A stretch of DNA of 64,000 nt, taken from the human T2T-CHM13v2.0 reference genome, Homo sapiens. Under the pieces are notes generated by a model that had not been told where the DNA came from, did not search any database, and saw only the letters and a program-made list of their open reading frames with translations. Shown here one piece after another: positions 1-15,361 of this stretch. Position 1 is the stretch's first letter. Each line of letters starts with the position of its first letter. The translations under genes and the position numbers were made by a program. The DNA is taken from NCBI RefSeq assembly GCF_009914755.1, contig NC_060928.1. One strand, given 5' to 3'.

Positions 1-2832
1 TTTGGATACCAGTACTTTATCAGATAGGTGTTTTGCAAATAATTTCTCCCAGCCTCTGGCTTGTCTTTTTATTCCCTTTAGAATGTCTTTCGCATAGCAG
101 GCTTTTAAAAGTTTTAATAAAGTCCAGCTTATTAATTCTTTCTTTCATATATTGTTCCTTTGGTGTTGTAACTAAAAAGTTACCACCAAACCTGAAATCA
201 TTTATATTTTCTTCTAGGCTATCCTCTAGGAGTTTTATAGATTTATATTTTACATTTAGGTCTGTGATTTATTTTGAGTCAACTTTTGTGAAGGATGTAA
301 GGTCTGTGTCTAGTTTCAACATTTTTTTTTGTATATGGATATCCAGTTGTTCCAGCAACATTTGTTGATAGGACTGTATTTTCTACATTTTTTATTGCTT
401 TTGCTCCATTGTCAAAGATAATTTTACCATATTTGTGGGTTGTGGGCTCTGAATACTGTTCCATTAATCTATTTATCTATTTTTTTAATACCTCTCTCTT
501 GATTACTGTAGTTTTACAGTAGTTTTGAATTTGGGTAGTATTAGACATTTGACTTTTATTTCTTCAGTATTGTATTGGCTACTCTGGGTCTTTTGATACT
601 ACATATAAACTTTAGAATCATTTTATCAATATACACAAAATAACTTACTGGGATTTTCATTGAGATTATGTTGAATCTATACAGCTGACATCTTGACAAT
701 ATTGAATCTTCCTATTCATGAACATGGAATATCTCTCCATTTATTTAGTTCTTTAATTTCTTTCATCAGCATTTTGTGATTTCCTTCATATAAATCTTAT
801 ATAAGTATTATTAGATTTCTGCCTAAGTATTTCACTTTTGGGTGATGCTAATGTAAATGATACTGTGTTTTTAATTTCAAACTCCACTTGTTCATTATTG
901 GTATATAGGAAAGTGATGAATTTTTATATATCAACTTTGCATACTACAATCTTGCTATAATCTTACTAGCTCCAGGACCTTTTTCATTGATTATTTTGGA
1001 TTTTCTACATGGACAATCATGTCATCGACAAACAAAGATAGTTTTTTTTATTTTTATCTTCCTAATCTATAAACCTATTATTTCCTTTTTCTGTCTTATT
1101 CAATTAGCTGTGACATCCAGTATGATGTTGAAAAACAGTGGTTAAGAGAACATCTTTGACTTGTGTTTTAATGGGAAAGCTTGAAGTTTCCTACTGTTGA
1201 GTATCATGTTAGCTGTAGGCTATTTGTAGATAATCTTTATTAAGTTGAGGAAGTTTTCCTCTAGTTCTAGTTTACTGACAGTTTGTATAATAAGTGGGGC
1301 TTAGATTTTGTCAAATGCTAATTGATTTTTAAATGTTGAACCAGGCTTACATAACTGGGATGAATCCATTTGGGTCATGGCGTATAATTCTTTTATACAT
1401 TGTTTGATTTGATTTGCTAATGTTTTTAAAGATTTTATAATCTATGTTCATGAGTGATATTGGTCAGTAGTTTTCTTTTCTTGTAATGCCTGTGGTTTGA
1501 TATCAGTATAATGCTGGCCTCTTATGAGTGAGGAAGTATTCTATTTGATTTTATCTTCTGAAAGAGTTTCTAGATCATTGATATTATTTCTTCCTTAAAT
1601 GTTTGGTAGAATACACCAGTGAACCCATCTGGGCCTGACACTTTCAGTTATCCAGTTATCAATATTGATTAAGTTTTTAATAGTTATGGGCCTAATCAGA
1701 TTTTCTATTTCTTCTTGTATGAGTTTTGGAAGATGTACCTTTAAAGAATTGGTGTATCTCATCTAGGTCATCAAATTTGTGTGCATAGAGTTGTTTATAA
1801 TATTTTATTTTATTCTTTTAGTGACTATGGATCTGTAGTAATATCTCTTCTTTCATTTGTGATATTAATATTTTGTATTCTCTCTCTTTTTTTCTTAGCT
1901 GATCTAGAAAATTATAGATTTTATTCATCTTTTTAAAGAACCAGGCTTTGGTTTCATTGATTTTCTTTAGTGAATTTCTATTTTCAGTTTCATTGATTTC
2001 TGCTCTGATTTTTATTTCTTTTCTCCTGTTTACTTTGGATTTATTTGCTCTTCTTTTCCTAGTTTCAGGAGGTAAAATTTTAGATTGTTGATTTTAGATA
2101 TTCCTTCTGTTCTAATATAAGCATTCAATGCCATAAATTTCCCTTTGAGAACTGCTTTTTCTGCATCCACAAATTTTGATAAGTTGTTTTTTTCATTTTT
2201 ATTTACTTTGAAATACTTTTAAATTTCTCCTAAGATTTCTTTTTTTGGCCCATGTGTTATTTACAAGTATGTTTTTTAATCTCCAAGTAATTTGGGATTT
2301 TAAAACTACCTTTTTAAAATTGATTTCTAGTTAAACTCCATTCTGGTCTAATAGCAGCCACTGTATAATTTCTATTCTTTTAAATTTGGTAACTGTGTTT
2401 TATGGCTCAGAATGTGGTCTCTCTTTGTGAAGCTTCCATACAATCTTGAGAAGAATGTTATTGTTGAAAGAATTAGTCTATAGATGTTCATTATATCCAG
2501 TTGATGATGTCACTGGTGTGTTCAGTTATGCCTTAATGAATTCTAGCTGCTGGAATTTTCCATTTGTGAGAGAGGGGAGCTGAAGTCTTTAATTGTAATA
2601 GTGGATTCATCTACTTTTTCTTGCAGTTCTATCAGTTTTAGCCTCATATATTTTGATGCCCTATTGTTAGGCTCTTATATATTAATAATTATTATGTCTT
2701 CTTGGAGAATTGACCTCATTATCATTGCGCAGTGCCCCTTGTTATCCTTGATAATTTCCTTGTTCTGAAATCTGCTCTGTCTGCAATTAATCTCGCTACT
2801 CCCACTTTCTTTCGATTAGTGTTAGCATGGTA

Positions 2833-3990
2833 CAGTAATCCCCCTTATCCACAAGGAATATGTTCCAAGACTCCCAGTGGACACCTGAAACAGTGGATAG
2901 CATCAAACCTTATATATGCTATGTTTCTTCCTATGTATACATATCTACGATAAAGTTTAATTTATACATTGGACACAGTAAGAGATTACCAACAATAACT
3001 AATAATAAAATATAACAATCATGACAATATACTGTAATAAAAGTTATATGAATGTGATTTCTCTGCCTCTCTAAAAATATTTTATTGTACAGTATTCACC
3101 CTTCTTGTGATGTTGTGAAATGATACAATGCCTACGTGATAAGACAAAGTGACATGAATCACATAAGCCTTGTGATGTAGCAGTAGGCTAATGATGACCT
3201 TTTGTATTCTTAAATCTGTGTAACCATCTTTTAACTTTCCATTAATGACTTGGTGTCATTCATATCAGGAGATTTCTTGATAGAGTCTTTGCATAGGTTC
3301 AACACTTTTTGGCACAACACGTTGCTATAATTGAACATGTTTTCAGTTCATGTCTTCCATCCATGAATTATGTGCTTTTTCTACTTAACTAAGTACTTAT
3401 CATACAATGTGGCTAGAGCTTTTGCAGTTTAAGGTGTGACAGAAAACTACCATAAATTTCTTTTGCTTCTTCATAAGTTTATGGATAGAATATTCATTCT
3501 TACTGTAGATCTTAACAACATCAATATATGCTTTTTTTCCCTTTATTAAGTTGAGGATTTTTACCTCTTCACCTAAAAGAATCACTTTATGTCCTTTCTT
3601 TGGCATGTTTGAATTTTCAGCATGACTATTATTGCATTTTGGAACCATTATTATGTAAAATACGAATTAACCTGAACACAAGCACTGAGATATCATGATA
3701 GTCAATCTGATAACTGAGACGGTTACTAAGCAACTAATGGGCAAGTAGCATATACAGTGTGGGTATGCTGGACAAAAGGATTATTCACATCCCACACAAG
3801 ATAATGCAGGATTGATGGTGTGAGAGTTTATCATGCTACCAAGAATGATGCACAATTTAAAATTTATGAATTGTTTACTTCTGGAACTTTCCATTTAATA
3901 TTTTCGGACTGTTTGTGGCTGCTGTTAATGAAAACTACAGGAACTAAAAACAAAAACAAAAGCAAAAACAAAGGTAAGGGGGGCCTACTG
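2833..3990 (-). mobile_element. Tigger7/MER44-type DNA transposon (internally deleted)
   Basis: TIRs cagtaatcccccttatcc ... taaggggggcctactg, both flanked by TA; ORF 3400..3648 (MPKKGHKVILLGEEVKILNLI...IYSKNEYSI) resembles the CENP-B-type HTH N-terminus of the transposase. Confidence 0.88.
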
Positions 3991-4881
3991 TATATCTTTC
4001 CTCATCCATTTACCTGTAATCTATATGTGTCCTTATATTTAAAGTGGGATTTTTTTAGACAACATATAATGGGGTATTTTTTAAAATCTGTTGCTTAATT
4101 GGTGCATTTAAATCATTGATTCAAAGTGATTAGTGATATAGTTGGGTTAATACCTAACATATTTGTTAGTTTCTGTTTGTTCACCTTGTTCTTTATTCCT
4201 ATTTTTGTCTTACACTATTTTTCTGTCGTTTGTGGTTTTAATTGAGCATTTTATATGATTTCATTTGCTCTCCATTCTTAGAGACTTTTTAATGTTTGCA
4301 CAGAGTTTACAATATAAATTTACAGCGAATCCAAGTCCACTTTCAAATAACACTATGCCACTTCATGTGTGAGTATCTTATAATAACAAAATAATTCATA
4401 TTTTTCTCTCTCACCCTTATTGTCATTCATTTCATTCATGCATAAGCATAGAAAAGTCTATGTATGTACGTAAGCATACATAATTGAATATATTATTGCT
4501 ATTGTTAACAAACATCTATCAGATCAATTAAGAATAAGGAAAATACAAGTTTTTATTTTACTTTCACTTATTTCTTAAGTAATGCTTTCCTTTCTTTATG
4601 TAGATGTGTGTTTCTGAACTATATCATTTTGTTTTTCTTTAAAGAACTTCTTTTAAAATTTCTTGCAAGTCAGGTCTACTGGTAACAAATTTATTAAATT
4701 TTTATTTACCTAAAAAAAAAATTCCTTTACATTTGAAGAGTAATTTCTCAGGGTACAGAACTATAGGTGTTGTTTTTTTTTTTTCCTCTCTCAACACTTT
4801 AAATATTTCACTCCACTCTCTTCTTGCTTGCATGGTTTCTGAAGGGAAGTCAGATGTAACTATTATCTCTTCCTCTACAAG

Positions 4882-5365
4882 TGTGGGAGGAGTTATTAAG
4901 AAATTATTTTAGGCAGATAGAGAGGAAAAGAGGTCCTTGGAAGGTTTTTCACAGCTCCAAAAAAACGTTTCTTGTATAGCATGAAAGCCCTGGCTCTTAA
5001 ACCTGGGACGGCAACTTTTAATATGCAAACGCCAGCCTTTAGAAACTGGTTCCACCCAACATGGCAATTCCCACTGTTGTCCTCTTGCCCTTGCCCCAAC
5101 AGGTGCCTGACAACATGGCCACCCCCATGTATCCCCATGTGTGTAGAACATCATGGTGCCCTGCATTTGCATATTAAAGGGCTGGGGTGGAAAGGCCAGT
5201 TTTCTTGCCGGCTAAGTGAATAACATACCTGGTCAAACCAATTCCCTGAGCCCTGTGCAAATCAAACACCGCCTCCTCCAGCCATGGCATAAAACTGGCT
5301 AGTATCCTCCAAATGTGGGGTCTCCTCTTTCAGCTTTGGAGCCCCCCTCCCTCTGTCTTTGTACG
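4882..5365 (+). mobile_element. ERV1 LTR, MER48-like, 3'-truncated
   Basis: ggagttattaagaaattattttaggcagatagagaggaaaag start; contains octamer ATTTGCAT 5165-5172 and a CCAAT box; family name from recall. Confidence 0.65.
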
Positions 5366-6212
5366 TGTAAGGACTAAACTCTGTGTAAGGACTGTGTAAG
5401 AACTAAACTCTGACCTTTTTCCCCCTTCCTGTCCACATTCTTATCTAAGAGCCCTGGCAAGTCATGCCTTATACACCATAAAATATCTTTAGATGGGTTT
5501 TTATTAACCCTATATAAGTTGCTTACTTTCCAACCTGACTATAGTATAGCACCACATGACATATAGCAGACTGAAGGAAATAAAAATATTTTACCCCTAA
5601 ATGTACTTCTTTGATATATTTTGAAATGGCTGTCACAAGCCAGCAGACTGAAGTAGGAGAAATTTGTATCTGTAGAGAATGGAGATTAATGCAGCCACAT
5701 TTCCCCTTTCTATCCCTGTCCTGGATCTAGGAGAAATTGAGAGTCTGACACCTTTGAAAGTGAGAAGACACACATTTACCATCTATTCCCTCTGACAGTT
5801 TCCACCTTTGAGGGTCTATTTACACAATAAGAAGCCTCGTCTCCACAATCCCATTAATCTTAACTCAGTCATTCTTTTGTACTGGTTTTAAGTCTTTAGA
5901 TAGTTTCTTAATTCTCTCAACCAATTGTCAACTAAAGAATCCCTAAAACTCACCTATGACTTGTAAGCCCTCATTCTGGGATGTCCCACATTTTCAGGAC
6001 AAACCCATGTATACCTTCTGCATATTGATTTATGATTTTACCTGCAATGTCTGTCTCCCTGAAATGTATAAAACCAATGTGTAACCCAATCACCTTGGGT
6101 ACACTTTCTCTCAGGACTTGTTGAGATTGTGTAACCTGGGCTGCGTTTACTCATATTAGCTCAGATTAACATCTATTCGTATATTTTGGCAGATGTTTTT
6201 TCTCCATCATCA
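5366..6212 (+). mobile_element. ERV1 MER4-group solo LTR (MER39/MER34-like)
   Basis: Starts tgtaaggactaaactctg; internal tgaaggaaataaaaatattttacccc motif; TATA-like gtataaaa at ~6066; ends ...ccatcatca. Confidence 0.7.
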
Positions 6213-7349
6213 TGTGGTTTGGTGTCTGACTTGATTTGGGGAAAATCTTGGTTATTATTATTTCAAATGTTCTTCTGTTCCTTTATCTCTTCTCCTTCTG
6301 ATAGTGCCCTTACACATACATTACAGCTTTTGTGGTTTCTCACAGTTCTTAAATATTGTGTTCTGACTTTTTAGTTTTCATTCTCTTTTCTCTTTGCTTT
6401 TAAATTTCAGTGATTTCTATTGAGATGGACTCAATCTCAGAGATTCTATTCTCAGCTGTGTCCAGTCTACTGAGAGGCCCATCAAAGGTACTCTTCACTT
6501 TTGTTATAGTTTTTTGATCTCTAGCATTTGGAGGGAAGTCTTTCTTATAATTTCCACCTCTTTGTTCACATTGACCACCTGTTCTTACATGTTGTCTACC
6601 TTATCCACTAGAGCCCTTAGCATATTAATCATAGTTATTTTAAATTCCCCGTCTGTTACTTCCAACACCCTGCCATCGCTGAGTCTGATTTTAATGCATT
6701 TTCTGTCTCTTCACACTGTGTTTTACCTATTTGTATGTCTTGTCATTTTTTTCCTGCCAGGTGGACATTATGTACTGGATAAAATGAACTGATGTAAACA
6801 GGCTTTTAGTAATGAGCTGGTACAGTGTTGGGGGAGGGGAAATGTTCTACAGTCCTATGATTAGGTCTCAGTCTTTTAGTGAGCTTGTGTTCTGGACTGT
6901 GAACTTCTCAAGTGTGTCCCAGTTTTCTCCACTTAGATGTGACAGGATGACTAGAGGGATCTGAAATTGGGTATTTCCTTTCCTCCACAGGGGATGCTAG
7001 AGCCAGCTGTGGTTGGATATTTCACTTCCCCCAGGTCTGTTAGGCTCTGATAAAACCAAGAGGTTAGGCTTTGATTAAATAATCTCCTCTGAGGGCAGAC
7101 CTTGTTAAGAATAAATGAACTCTCAGGCACATTCAAATGGGTTATTTTCCTCTGACCTGGCCAAAACATGATGGGATTTTTTATCTATTACTTATTGTGA
7201 GGGCCTGGAGAGCTCCAGGAGGTAACATGCATGCAAGTGTGTTGGGGGTGGGGGTGGTTGCACCGTAACTGGGTTCCCCTGTTTTTAACTCTCAAGAATT
7301 GTCCTCACTGAGCCTCCACTGACTCACAGTTACACTTTTGGTTTTCCTA

Positions 7350-8194
<845 letters not shown>

Positions 8195-8399
8195 AAGAAG
8201 AATTTTCAGTTTGTTCAGGATTTTTCTTGTTGTTAGACTGAAGTGGTGATTTATAAGCTTCTTACATGGTAGGCCAGAAACTGGAAGTTTCTTATGGTTC
8301 TCTTTTAAACTATTTTAAAAACTTTAACTGATATTAGATTTGGGGGGTTTTTTGTCATTGTTTGTTTGTTTGTTTTGTAGCTTTGGTGAATATTTGGCC

Positions 8400-9755
<1,356 letters not shown>

Positions 9756-9949
9756 TAAACTTCTGCATATTTTGTCTTGTAAAGGGAACTTTGCTAGAGC
9801 ATGAAACACATTCATTTTAAAAATTAGGCATGTTTAAAGCATTCCTAGAAGACAATGTGGTAGATGTAGATGATGTACAAATGAATACTAGGGAAAAAAT
9901 CTTATTCTAAAATAGAGTCAAGTCACACAGGTTAAATGATAAATAAGCT

Positions 9950-10335
9950 TTATTTCAGTTCCTCAAAATACTTCCCTCTCTCTTCTCTAAAGCGTTTATA
10001 TTTACTCTTGCCTCTAACTGGGATGTTCAACTCTCTGCATGGTTAACTTCTCTAGTCCTCCATGTCTCAGCTTGAATACTTCCCAGAGAAAGCTTCTCCC
10101 ATCTTGTGTAAAGCAGCACCATACCTGTTACTCTATCACATCATCTACTTTGTTTAATTACCAGGTCATGATAATCTATTTTATGGATTTACTTATTTAT
10201 TTTGACTCTTGTCTTGTAAGGTATGCTTCATGAGGTAAGTACCCCCTTAGACTTTTTTTCTTTATATTTTCATTACTTAGAATGATCACTGGCACAGGAT
10301 AGATCCTTAAATAATATTTGAATTCAAATAATGAA
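9950..10335 (+). mobile_element. L2 3' end remnant
   Basis: Degenerate L2 tail ctggcacaggatagatccttaaataatatttgaattcaaataatgaa. Confidence 0.6.
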
Positions 10336-11663
10336 AGGACTACAAATGAGCTTCAGAGAGGAGAAGTTTCAGGATGTAAAATGGCATTTATAATTGAGAT
10401 CAGTCTTCTCTTCCCCTTACCCACTTGCATTCTTTTATCTTAGGATAAAAGAAAAAATGTGAGAGTGAAAAACACAAGGTGGTGGGAGAGAGAGAAAAAT
10501 AGATGTTTTTTATACAATGTGCAATATTGAAAATTTGAGAACACAGACCAGGAAGAACATTTGCACTGATTGATGGAGTCAGGCTGGAAAATTTGGCACC
10601 ATTCCTGGCTTAGTCTGTGGGGTCCTTAACATTGATAGTCAACAATAATTGGTGTAGACTTAGCACCAAGGTCAGCCTCAGGGTCAGACATTTGAATCTG
10701 CGGCAGCTGCAGATGCAGTTGTGTCTCTAGTGAGTGTCAATAGCATGGTTGACATTTGGAGGAAGGATATTTACTAAGAAAAAGAAGAAAGAGAAAGTGC
10801 TAAATCATAATGCAGTAGCCATGGAGACCAGCAGCTTCATGGAGCATTGGGCATGACACTTGTAGGAACCTCTCAAGATTATCTAGGAAGAGATTAAGGG
10901 AGGTTGGCTTTGTTGAAAAATTAATAGGAACATGCAGTACCAGACAAGTTTTACATTGTGAACTTGTTTTTAATCTTTTCTTATTGCCAGATTGCTGAGG
11001 CCTAAGAAACAAAGGTTTGCTTCTAAAAATAATTATCTTCTTTCTTCGCCCCTTTGATAGAGAAATCACAAGACAAAACAAACAAACAAACAACAACAAA
11101 AAAAACAAGCCAAAAATCCCTCAAGTACCTCCAAACATTTTCTGTACCCAAAATGTTACAAATGTCTAAAACAAGTAAATGTTTCTTTCTTCTAGCCATA
11201 TAAATTAAGAAGAAGAATATAGACATTTAGGATAATTAAATTCTTTTCCCATGTTCCTTGTGTTCAAAGCAAAGTTCTCTGGGTTTTAAGGTAGCAAAAA
11301 ATCGTGAAAATTATTATTCCCACACACTTCCATATATTCTCATATCTTAATTATGATATATGAGTTTTTTACCAATATAGGCCACACTTGACTTGAGTGT
11401 TTTAATTATTTTTTGCTGAATGAAGGGAAATTTATGACAATTCAGACTCACTCTTGGCTGAATGAATGTTGGTAGTGTCCTTGCAGTCTCTTCTTTTAGA
11501 CAAAGGACTGGTGGTGGTCACTTATGTTCTCTACACCACTTTCCCATACTTGTGAGAGAAAGGTCCCAGCCTGGTCAAAGTCTTACAAAAATAAATGCTG
11601 AGAATGTCCGTCTTGGCCATTGATCTGTTTTCTGTTCCATGCTTTTGTAAACCCCTGTGGTGA

Positions 11664-12045
11664 TGTATTAGTCCATTTTCACATCACTATAAAGAACTGC
11701 CCAAGACTGGGTAATTTATAAAGGAAAGAGGTTTAATTGACTCACAGTTCAGCATGGCTGGGGAGGCCTCGGGAAACTTACGATAATGGCAGAAGGCAAA
11801 GGGGAAGCAAGGACCTTCTTCACAGGGTGGCAGAAGAGAATGGAGCCGGCAGACGAAATGCCAGGCACTTATAAAAACATCAAATCTCGTGAGAACTCAC
11901 GATCACAAGAATAGCACAGCAGAAACCGTCCCCATGATTCAATTATCTCCACCTGGTGTGTCGTTTGAAAGGTGGGGATTAAGGGAATTATGGGGATTAC
12001 AATTCAAGATGAGATTTTGAGTGGGGATACAGCCAAACAATATCA
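11664..12045 (-). mobile_element. THE1 (THE1D/MSTA-like) MaLR solo LTR
   Basis: tgtattagtcc ... agccaaacaatatca with a perfect 5-bp TSD ggtga (11659-11663, 12046-12050). Confidence 0.92.
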
Positions 12046-12524
12046 GGTGACTAATAATATGAGGAATTTTCCTATGTCTTTCTCTAACTTGTAGCATATA
12101 GAAGACATTCCACCTCACAATGACTTCAATGGTAGTATGCTCTACTACTTTTTTCTACAGATAATTACTTCAACAGTACTAGAAATTTATGTACTACCTT
12201 TAACGCTTAGGGTCCCATGACACAGAGTGTAAATTTTTCATCCAAGTCTTATACCTGTACCTAAGTTGTATTAAAATGGAATCTCTCCTTAGAGCATTCA
12301 GAGACTGACAAAACCTTGAAATAATTTCAAGTAAAATTATATTTATGTTTATAGATGTACATTAAAAATCAGATTCATTGTTGAATCTTGACATTTATTC
12401 AAGAGGACATTCACTTTAGAAATAGCTCAAGGGCATTTCTGAAATTAGATATCAAATTTGAAGGTCAATAAAAAGATGATGCTTTACTTTTTAGCCATTT
12501 TCTTTGCCTCGGTGTTGCTCTAGG

Positions 12525-12526
<2 letters not shown>

Positions 12527-12570
<44 letters not shown>

Positions 12571-12572
12571 TG
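12527..12572. repeat. (TG)n microsatellite
   Basis: ~23 TG units, one interruption. Confidence 0.97.
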
Positions 12573-14870
12573 AGCATATTTGAGTTGTTATTAGATTCTC
12601 TCCAATTTATGGTATATTTTATATTCTTGTAAAACTGCCTACAGGAATAGGTTCTACTATATCTAAGAAATAAGAATGACTTTTTTAAACTTAGAAAGTG
12701 ATACATAAACTGATATTTCTTATTCAAAAATATCTAATAAATTATATAAATAGCAGATATTTAAGCACTTATTATCTTTCCTTTCAGCTATACTCATATT
12801 ATGGAATCTTTAAGCTGCTTTAACTTTTTCTCATACTATTTGGTATAAAATTTTCCTATATAAATGTTTTCAGCTTTTAGGTCAAATATAGTAGCATAAT
12901 ATTACAATATGAGGACATCACATAAAAGTCACAGAAATAAGTGAATTAATATTTATATGCATAGCAATATTTTTTAGTATAATACACATAGTCACAATTG
13001 AAGTATAAATAAATGATCATATGCTGTTTAAATCGTAGGTTGTTTTAGCTTGAGGACTGCCATATATTGCCATCTACAGTAACAGCTACTTCTTTAACAA
13101 ACTGAAAGACTGCTATATGTTTCCCCCTCAATTAACTGAGTGATGAGTCTGAACAGATAAAAGAAACAAATTGGCAAACGTGATCTGTATTGCCTGCCCC
13201 TGGCATTAGAAGTTTGGACAGATTATATTTCCATAATAAGAGTACTGTCTGCTTGAGAGTACCTAGATGAAGTGGAGTTTTTAACATACCAAACCCTCAA
13301 ACCAATTAGAACACTGCATGGTGGCAACAAGAGTCTCCTTCCCTTTAATGAGCCCTTGGTAATAAAAGTCTACCACTGCTGCTACAATCTGTATTGGAGA
13401 TAAATTTAGCACCAAAATATTTTCATATAAGCAATGGGCTTTAGTCGTTGAACCTAAACTATATAATAGGTGCCCTTCCTACTTAATAGACTTCCTTCCT
13501 GAACCTCTTGATCTTGACTCCCATTGCTGTCTCTGAAGCAGAAGGCATGGATGATTATTGCCTTATACCAAAGACTCTTGTTCTGTAAGCTCAAAGATCC
13601 TCTAATGTAATGCAATTCACTGTGTGTTCAGGTATCATCTGGCCTCCTTCACATTGCACTGTAGGAAATGTGACTTGGAAAACTGGTACAAACAAAAAAG
13701 CTGATACTCCAGCTACTCGAATTGCTGTAGTAATTCATTATTTTTTTGTCTCTGACCTGGGAGTCTGGTGCCTTCTGCAAGCACTCATGAGGTTCTGGTA
13801 TGTTAGTTGGTAAGTGGCATGAATCTTTAATCCTTCAGAATTCTTGTTGGTTTGGGCTATGAAATTGGGACGCTGAAAGAGATACAAAATTTTGGAGAGA
13901 AAGACAAAGGCCTAGTGTTCTTGGATCAGTGATATGAGAAGACTTCCTGGAATTTGATGGTGAATTCTGTCACCTAAGTGTTAGATAGCGGGGAGGAAGT
14001 AAGGAACAGCACAATCCTGCCTGTAAATGAAAGTCTGGAGGGTGAGTGGTGAGGAGTAAGATTGAAATAAACTACACAAATGGTGTCTTGGTCATTCTCA
14101 CTCTTCTTAGGGCAAGCAAAGGAAGCAGCAGTATCAGAAAGAGGGGGCAGCAAACCTCAAGTCCCAATCTGAAAGGCCGTGTAGTTGTGGCTACTGAGTC
14201 AGAGTTCTGAAGATGAAGCAGTGTTGGCAATGAATACCTTGCTATCAGTATAAAGCTTGGTGATGCTGAAAGCATTAGAAGTTCATTTGGTTGTGCCATG
14301 AGTGACTGACAACTGAAACTGAATGTGCCTTGCTTACGAACATGGAACCACTCTCTTCCTCTTCACCTATAGTTCCTTATTTATCCTCTATTCTAATTTA
14401 ATATGCTTTAAGGATAAACAAGATTAATGGTAAAGCCAAGATTTCTTTAGTTCCAAGGAGGACCAAAGGTCATATACATACTGAACTTTGGAACAAAGTG
14501 GTATTCTAACTTTTTGACTGTTGGATCAGGCACACAAGTCACCAATGTACCCACTCCCATGAGGGGAGCGGATGCTTATAAACAGTCAATGTAATTTGGC
14601 TAGGGTTTATAAGGTTCACAGTAGGAGAACAAGGCTAATGTGACCTTGTGTGTGAGCCTGTTAGACCAACTCAATATACTTTTTTGGTTGCTTTTACAAC
14701 TAAATATAGCGTAAAAATTAATGTGTTAATACTTGCAACTCCCATCCCAATAATATCAGAGTGCATGCTTTCAGGAGCTGGTGTAGAGAAGTCCTTCTGC
14801 CGTTGGGGGTACGGAAACCCTAATGACATTGTTAAATCTCAGTGACTGATAATTTTGCTGATTGGAGCCC

Positions 14871-15361
14871 TGTCATGAGTTGAAATGTTTCCCCCCCAAA
14901 AAATGTACGTTGAAGCCTGACCGCCACCCCACTTTTAAATGTGACATTATTTGGAAATAGGATCTTTGCAGGTGTATTCAAGTTAAGATGAAATCATAGA
15001 ATTAGAGTGGACCTTAATCCAATATCTGGTGTCCTTATAGGAAGAAAGAAATTTGGACACACATAGGGAGATCCCCATGTGAAGACATGGAGAACACAAG
15101 GAGAAAGGACTTGTGATGACTGAGGCTGAGATTTGAGTAATATAGTTGCAAGCAAAGGAAAGCCAAGTATTTTTTGGCAATTACTAGAAAGTAGGAAGAG
15201 GCAAGGAAGGATCCTTTCCTAAGTCTTCAGAGGGAACATGGCCCTGCCACCACTTTGATTTCAGACTTTGACCATCCGGAGCTGTGAGGACACAACTTGC
15301 TGTTGTTGCAAGCCTCTCAGTTTCTGGTACTTTGTTATGGAAATCCTAGAGAACTAATACA
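14871..15361 (+). mobile_element. MLT1C MaLR LTR inside the provirus
   Basis: ttatttggaaataggatctttgcagg ... tttgttatggaaatcctagagaactaataca. Confidence 0.88.

Noticed and set aside
33-368. 111-aa hydrophobic ORF, and similar short ORFs throughout the track
   Set aside because: Antisense reading of old L1, Alu or microsatellite sequence; no domain, splice or codon-bias support
10231-10240. Perfect splice donor GAG|GTAAGT
   Set aside because: Lies in an L2 relic; such 9-mers occur by chance and no coding exon is associated
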